Shown here in pieces: positions 30,760 to 36,627 of a stretch of 36,627 nt of DNA. Under the pieces are notes generated by a model. The model searched no databases. It saw nothing but the letters and a program-made list of their open reading frames with translations, and was not told where the DNA came from. The stretch comes from Ancylonema sp. (lineage: Eukaryota): assembly GCA_050230475.1 (NCBI GenBank), contig JBFLGF010000063.1, positions 62,001 to 98,627 of the forward strand. The letters are read 5' to 3'. Position numbers and translations under genes: made by a program. The number at the start of each line of letters is the position of its first letter. The first letter of the stretch is position 1.

Positions 30760-32615
30760 TTTGCAACTCATAACGAAGTTGTTTTTGTGTTTCCCTTCCC
30801 GTTTCTACAAAAAAAGAGTGGTCCTATGTGAGATCCATACGTTGGAAGATACATTTCCCCCCGTCATTTTTAGGTTTCTTATATCGGAATTTGAGTGTAA
30901 AATTTTCCACCTCAAGGAGACATCACGAGAAAAACGATGCTCTCGGAACATGATGCTTGATTAGAAAAACAAAACGAGCAAGTATGGACACATGACCACG
31001 CACACGCATCCACATGACCGGGCATACGTAGCACACCGTCACCCACAATCCTAGGCCGTGTGTGAGTCCGTACATGCGTCTCATGTAGGCACCGCTCTTC
31101 AAAAGGTGCCGTTTTGTCTTCTCGACGTTGACGTTTGTCAAACCCACTCGCGTTTCGGTGCAACTACGGAGCATAGTTGGGTCCCGGATGCGTCCACGGT
31201 TCGTCCGGCCCCGGACATGTCCGGAACGCGTCCGGATCCCAGCAAATTTCAATAAATAATTATAACTAAATATTTTTTTGAAGAAAAAAGAACTCACACA
31301 ACTTTGGGGGTTCCCATGACATGGTTTCTATACATATAAACAATCAATGATGTTTCAACATGATATCAACACATGAGGAAGGTCGTTGTCGTGCTGCGTA
31401 CTACTCGCCCACGCGTTTTACTTAGTCGTATTCGGAGCTCTGCTTTTGGGTGGGACGTCCGGAGATCCCCGAACCATCCGGAACACAACTATGCTACGGG
31501 TATATGTTGTGATATTAAAGCTACTTTCTGACTCATGACGTCATATAGGGGATAAATATGCTTAAATCGAGAGTTTTGTGGCGGGCAACAAAAATACTTG
31601 CACGCCTTACAGTGACAACATCTATGCAATGACGCTTTCACCGGATGTCCCAAGCCAAGATTGACTGATTCTAGATCGTCACTCAACAACATTGTTGGGT
31701 TCGCATTGCTCACTCAACAGCATTGTTACGCATGCAAACATTTTGTTTGCGCATGGAAACACACTATGCACGCGTGCAATTATTGGACGTGTTACGGTAT
31801 GTTTTACGGAAATCAGGAGCGAATAAATTACACTCAAACCTCGATTTTGGAAGTTTCGTTTTATGAACCTCATAACGAAATTCTTTTTGGTTTTCCTTCC
31901 GGTTTTCATACTCAAGGAGTGGTTCTATATAAGATGCATATGTTGGAGATACGTTTTTCCCTACCATTTTTTGGTTTCTTACATAGGGGTTTGACTGTAC
32001 AACGTTCCACCTCACGGAGACATTAAAACACAAATGACGTTGTCGGGAGGATGTGCTTGTTGAAAAACAGGAATCGAGCTAAGTCTGGGCACAAGACCAT
32101 GCACAGGCATCCACACGACCAGGCATACATAGCACACGGTCACCCACAATCGTAGGCCGTCTGTGAGTCCGTACATGCGTTTCATTTAGGCACCGGTCTT
32201 CAAAAGGTGCCGTTTTGCAGTTTGGCCGTTGAAATTTAGACCCGGAGATACCTGGAGATACATTGAGGGACGCTGGACGTTGGAATTTTAAACTCGATCG
32301 CATATGGTTGTGACTACGGAGATATGTTGTGATAATAGTGATGCGTTCTGATTTATGACGTCGTCATATAGAGGATAAATATGCTTACATCGAGAGTTTT
32401 TCGTCGGCAACACGATAATTGCACGCCCTACTCATGGTAACATCAACATGATGACACTTTCACCGGATTTCCCTAACCAAGTTCCAATGATTTTAGATCG
32501 AGAGTCAGTAACATTAAGGGGTTCGCATTGGTCAAAGGATTTTACCATGCGTGCACGCGTTGACACATTCAAAGCGTGCAAAAAATGAACGTGTTACGGG
32601 ATGTTCTACGAAAAT
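30760..32615. repeat. Diverged tandem duplication, two units of ~0.75-0.8 kb (first carries a MITE)
   Basis: 30767-31128 aligns with 31869-32217, and 31502-31812 with 32322-32615 (e.g. GTCACCCACAATC.TAGGCCGT.TGTGAGTCCGTACATGCGT in both). Boundaries approximate. Confidence 0.8.
31172..31493. mobile_element. hAT-like MITE (322 bp)
   Basis: TIR CATAGTTGGGTCCCGGATG ... CATCCGGAACACAACTATG. Flanks CTACGGAG / CTACGGGT. The paralogous empty site CTACGGAG-ATATGTTGTGATA at 32314 confirms an 8-bp TSD. Confidence 0.85.
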
Positions 32616-33284
32616 CTGGAGGGTTAAGAAGAAACACACGTGTGTCATAAACCGAGATTTCAACACGAGATTCGTCACGTGTAAAAAAGCACACGCGCGC
32701 ATACAAGTCACACCACGTTTGTATAGATTCTCGGCCAAGTACGTTCACATACGTGGTTGCTATACACATACGTGAACCATTACCGTTCACAACATTTTCT
32801 TTATCTAGTGACCTAGCAAAAATGAGCGGGGATTCTTTGTGTTCTCTCAAGAAAGTTGATGTATCGTTAACACTAGATGTCGGGGAAGTAAAATGCGGAT
32901 TAAGCGGTTTATATAACCAAACATCAAATATATTGAAAGTCACCATATCGAGTTTCGACAATAACAGTGAGGTCTCTAAAGTGAGGGAGTTTTACTATGG
33001 GGTCTCGTTGTACATACTCTCTTCTTCCTCTTTCCTTCCAAATTCACAAGACAAGGGAGAACATGCAATTTGCACACATCATTGTGCCACGTAAAGCCAA
33101 CCATTTTTTTCCTTCCCATCGTTTTATGTGTATATCGGATACATTCGTGCATAAGAAAAACAAATAGTTGAGCGCAATATGTCAAGTTGTCGCGTGAGAT
33201 GCGTTGTACGGAAAATTCATGGGCATTCCATACATCGTACAAGAAACTTCCTATGCTCTAAACGAAGCACCTACAAGTCATGAA

Positions 33285-33865
33285 ATACAGGTATTCATTC
33301 AGGTATCCAAATACCAGACCAGACAGCCGCATTCTTCGTAGTTCCAGATGTTCAGACATGCAGACTTCACATTCCATAGAGTTTTCAACAACTATCAAAG
33401 GAGGATTCAGATTATTCAAGCGTCCAGCCAAGCATTCAGATGTTCAGATGTTCAGATGTTTAGACATCCAGATCTTCGGATTTCCAAACTTTCCGATTTC
33501 TAGACATTGGGATACTCAGATACTCAGACTTTCACACTTTCTTATGTTCATACTCTCAGATTTTCGAAGGGACTTAACAAGGATACTCAAACATTCAGGT
33601 ACTCCGGTATTCAGATACGTACAAATCTTCCATCTTTACATACTCACATGATTTTCACAGGATCACATATTCACTTGGCCAGATGTTCGGTTATGAGCAT
33701 CCAGGATACTCAGATCTTCAGACATTCGGACTTCCTGATGATCAGATCCCCAAAAAATCAGACTTGCAGGTTTTCGGGTAACCTGATATTCAGATTCCCA
33801 CAGAATCACCTATTCACTTCTTCAAATATTCGGTTACGAGCATCTAGGTTTCAGAAATCATGATT
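33285..33865. repeat. Degenerate short-period (about 8 bp) array of TTCAGAT/CTCAGAT-like motifs
   Basis: For example TTCAGATGTTCAGATGTTCAGATGTTTAGACATCCAGATCTTCGGA and GATACTCAGATACTCAGA, recurring across ~580 bp. Confidence 0.65.
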
Positions 33866-36627
33866 CAAAATGCAGTCAGGATCTGGACCATGTTCAGCGC
33901 CCTTGCCAGACTCCCCCTCACGACTACCTAAATTCGTTTCAATATTTCTTCCGCCTCCGCATCATGCAGGAGCTCCTGGAAAGACGACGTGGCAAACACC
34001 AGGGTTCCGCCCACATGAGGAATAGCCTGCAGACACAACTACAATGAGTCCACCATTTACCGGTCACCGTGCATGTGTATAGTCCCTGCTCTACTACCCC
34101 ATGGGAAGCAGAGCACCAAAGTCATCCGTATCATACGAATGTATAGTAAGTAACCAAACATCTGCTATTGTACGCTAGCAGCGGAACCATGACATTCACA
34201 GCACGGAGGTGTATTGCTGACCTGGCAGTTTAGTATGACTGAGTTCGGGCAGAGAGGTGATCACAGCGCGCCCAGAGTGCAACAACAGTCAATTGCGGCT
34301 TTTGGGATTTTATTTTTTTGTTTCTTGAAAGGGGGAGTCCGTTGCGGAGAAAACCACATAGTCCCGAAAAGTTATAAGAATGCATTACCATTACCATGAC
34401 CTGTATCTGTACCTCCCATTCTTTCGCAAGTCCCACAGTACCGTCGCAAGTCTTTGTGCTCCTGCTGCTCCTCCCCTCATCCACTCGTAGCCAACTTAGC
34501 CAACGTGGCAGAGATGATCAACAGGCCATCGCCCATCGAACCTTATTTGAGGACCGCCTGGTTTGGTCCCGTGTCGGGGGTGGGAACTAAGCGGTAGGGG
34601 GCAATTCTGGGAATTATTGAAGGGAGATCGGACGCGTAAATGACGGGAACCTCACAGTATCAAAACCCCGCGGCACATCCCTCGTGCGATCTGTTTTTTT
34701 TCGGCCGCACGAGTTTAGCAAGCTCTCCGAATCGAAGAGCTTGAAGGTTTCATTGGTTTCATACAAAAGCAAGAAGCATTGCATGAGTGAGAACACAAAA
34801 TTAAAATATGCATAAGCCTTCAACTTCCATAAATGCAAAGCACATGTACAAGGGATTGACTCAAAAGCATATGGAGGGCGTTTGAAGTTCACGGTGTTGA
34901 GCAAAAACAGAGCATGAGGGTGCTCGAAAACTCGACACCGGATGTTCTAGAAACGTCCACCGCATTCCCCTAAGTGGTTGTCTGATGTCCAAAAACAAAT
35001 TTCCGGGTAAAGTGGGGCCACTACAATCTCAACCTCTCCCTCTCAACCCGCTAAAACACACCACGAGACAATATAGTGTGAGAAAGCAGAATCAGTGCTT
35101 TTATAAAGAAAGATAAAATAAGTCGATGCTGTATCTTGATAGTTGTTGTTGTAAGAAACATTGAAGTGAAGAGATAAGTTGATTTGGAGTTGTGGTTAGG
35201 AAGATATCGATTTTACGAATGTAGCGTTTGAGTGCTAATTAGGTTGGCGGATAATACGAGGTCGAAACTTTGAAGTGACCGATACGCGTCGTCTGTAGTC
35301 AGAATTGAGTCATTATTTGTGTGAAGTGTTTCATTTAGAGATATGCACGTGGTGACCGTAGTTGGAATATTTTGGATATGTGTAAGTTTTGGCTGGTCAA
35401 CGTGTCGACGTTTGTAGTCAATAGTTAAGACAGTGTGACACGTAGTGACACGTAGGTGACAAGTGGATAGCATCATAGGCTTGGGGCTGTCAAATGCAGC
35501 ATAGCATCTTTGTGAGAGTCGTGTGTGGTATCAGACGCATGTACTAAGGGTCTTTGGAACCCATCTATTTCTTTAATGACTTTGAAAGATTATCTCGTCG
35601 AAGTATTCATGGCGTTTTGTTGGATGAGTTTCAGAATTGCCACATATGAGTACTTGACTTTTAATGAAGAAGAGTAGTGCAGTTCAAGATGTCATATATA
35701 TCACAAATGACATGCACAAATATGCACATTAAATACAAGAAACAATACATGAAAATGTAAACAAATATATTGTTGGCCACGGTCTTGATGGCAAACCTAA
35801 GCCATTCATTCTAGTGTGAATCCCATCACGGATGTGGTCAAGTTGTTGACCAATACTTCAGTTATTTTCAATAGGTGTCTTCGCATGCGTTTTTCCAGGA
35901 GAAGGGGGTTCCCGATGTTGAGGGTTTTTTCTATTACCATCAACGAGAGGCATTCCATCTTTGGGGGAAGGGCATTGGTAGACATTAGCGTCCCATTGAA
36001 CGCGGGCAAGGCAACAATATGATCCGGAGGGCTAAGGAGATGTGCCGTGGGCTCCTCTATCTGGATGCGGTGCGAGTGAGTGGTCGTGTTTTATTATTGA
36101 GGTCTGAGAGACACAAGATTTGACATGCTTAACCTACACATGCGGTAACACACGATCATATTGCAAAGGGAGAGAAAAATACGGCTTCCGATAGAGAGAG
36201 AGACAGTCAAACACGGGTGAAAAAATGAGTGAGATCAGTACGGCATTAAATAGACGGCAATGCAATCCGTCCTTACCTCTTCTCCAATATCCCCTTTCCG
36301 AGAAAAGACATATCCGTTTTGCGCTCCGTTCACACTGGAGGCTTCCACCACCCTTTGGTGGAAATTAGGCTCCTCGGTTTGTTGGAAGGCGGGTGCTTCA
36401 TCCAAAACTTTGTAGAACTAAGTCGCGTGTCCTTTCTCCCAAGGAATGGAGCGCGGAGTACCGCAAAGAGACGTATCCAAGGAAGTGTTGCCGCTCGTGT
36501 TTGTTGAAAATATATGGGAAAAAAGTCATTTACAGGGACGACAACTTTACAACCTTCATGACTCCTCAAACGGCGACAGGACAACAACTCTAGTTTATCA
36601 TTCCGCCGCACCGTACGTGCCCGTGCC

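Noticed and set aside
33911..33920. TGAGGGGGAG (minus strand) as the PPT of another LTR element
   Set aside because: No adjacent TG-start LTR with a partner, and no RNase H or integrase remnant next to it.

Overview
Eukaryotic nuclear DNA, most likely a streptophyte alga or early-diverging land plant. This is inferred from plant-type genes, short 60-300 nt GT-AG introns and a tRNA-iMet-primed Copia element. Four intact host genes can be assembled by hand: (1) a small intronless Cys-rich plant protein resembling Arabidopsis At5g64816 (5334-5696, +); (2) a 7-exon ELL/Occludin_ELL-domain protein (20816-24100, -); (3) a 5-exon AP-1 sigma adaptin (25968-27020, +); (4) an 8-exon, full-length homolog of the bacterial peptidoglycan exo-beta-N-acetylmuramidase NamZ (DUF1343/GH171; 27842-29526, -). 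The NamZ-like gene is the most interesting item: a bacterial cell-wall recycling enzyme carrying seven spliceosomal introns and lying tail-to-tail with a housekeeping gene. About 12 kb (6822-18808) is a nest of two degenerate Ty1/Copia LTR retrotransposons, the outer with a canonical iMet PBS and the inner with a half-tRNA (hemivirus-type) PBS. The remainder holds pogo-, hAT- and Harbinger-type MITEs, a diverged tandem duplication, a short-period repeat array and unassigned degenerate ORFs. Family assignments come from motif recognition and recall; no searches were run.
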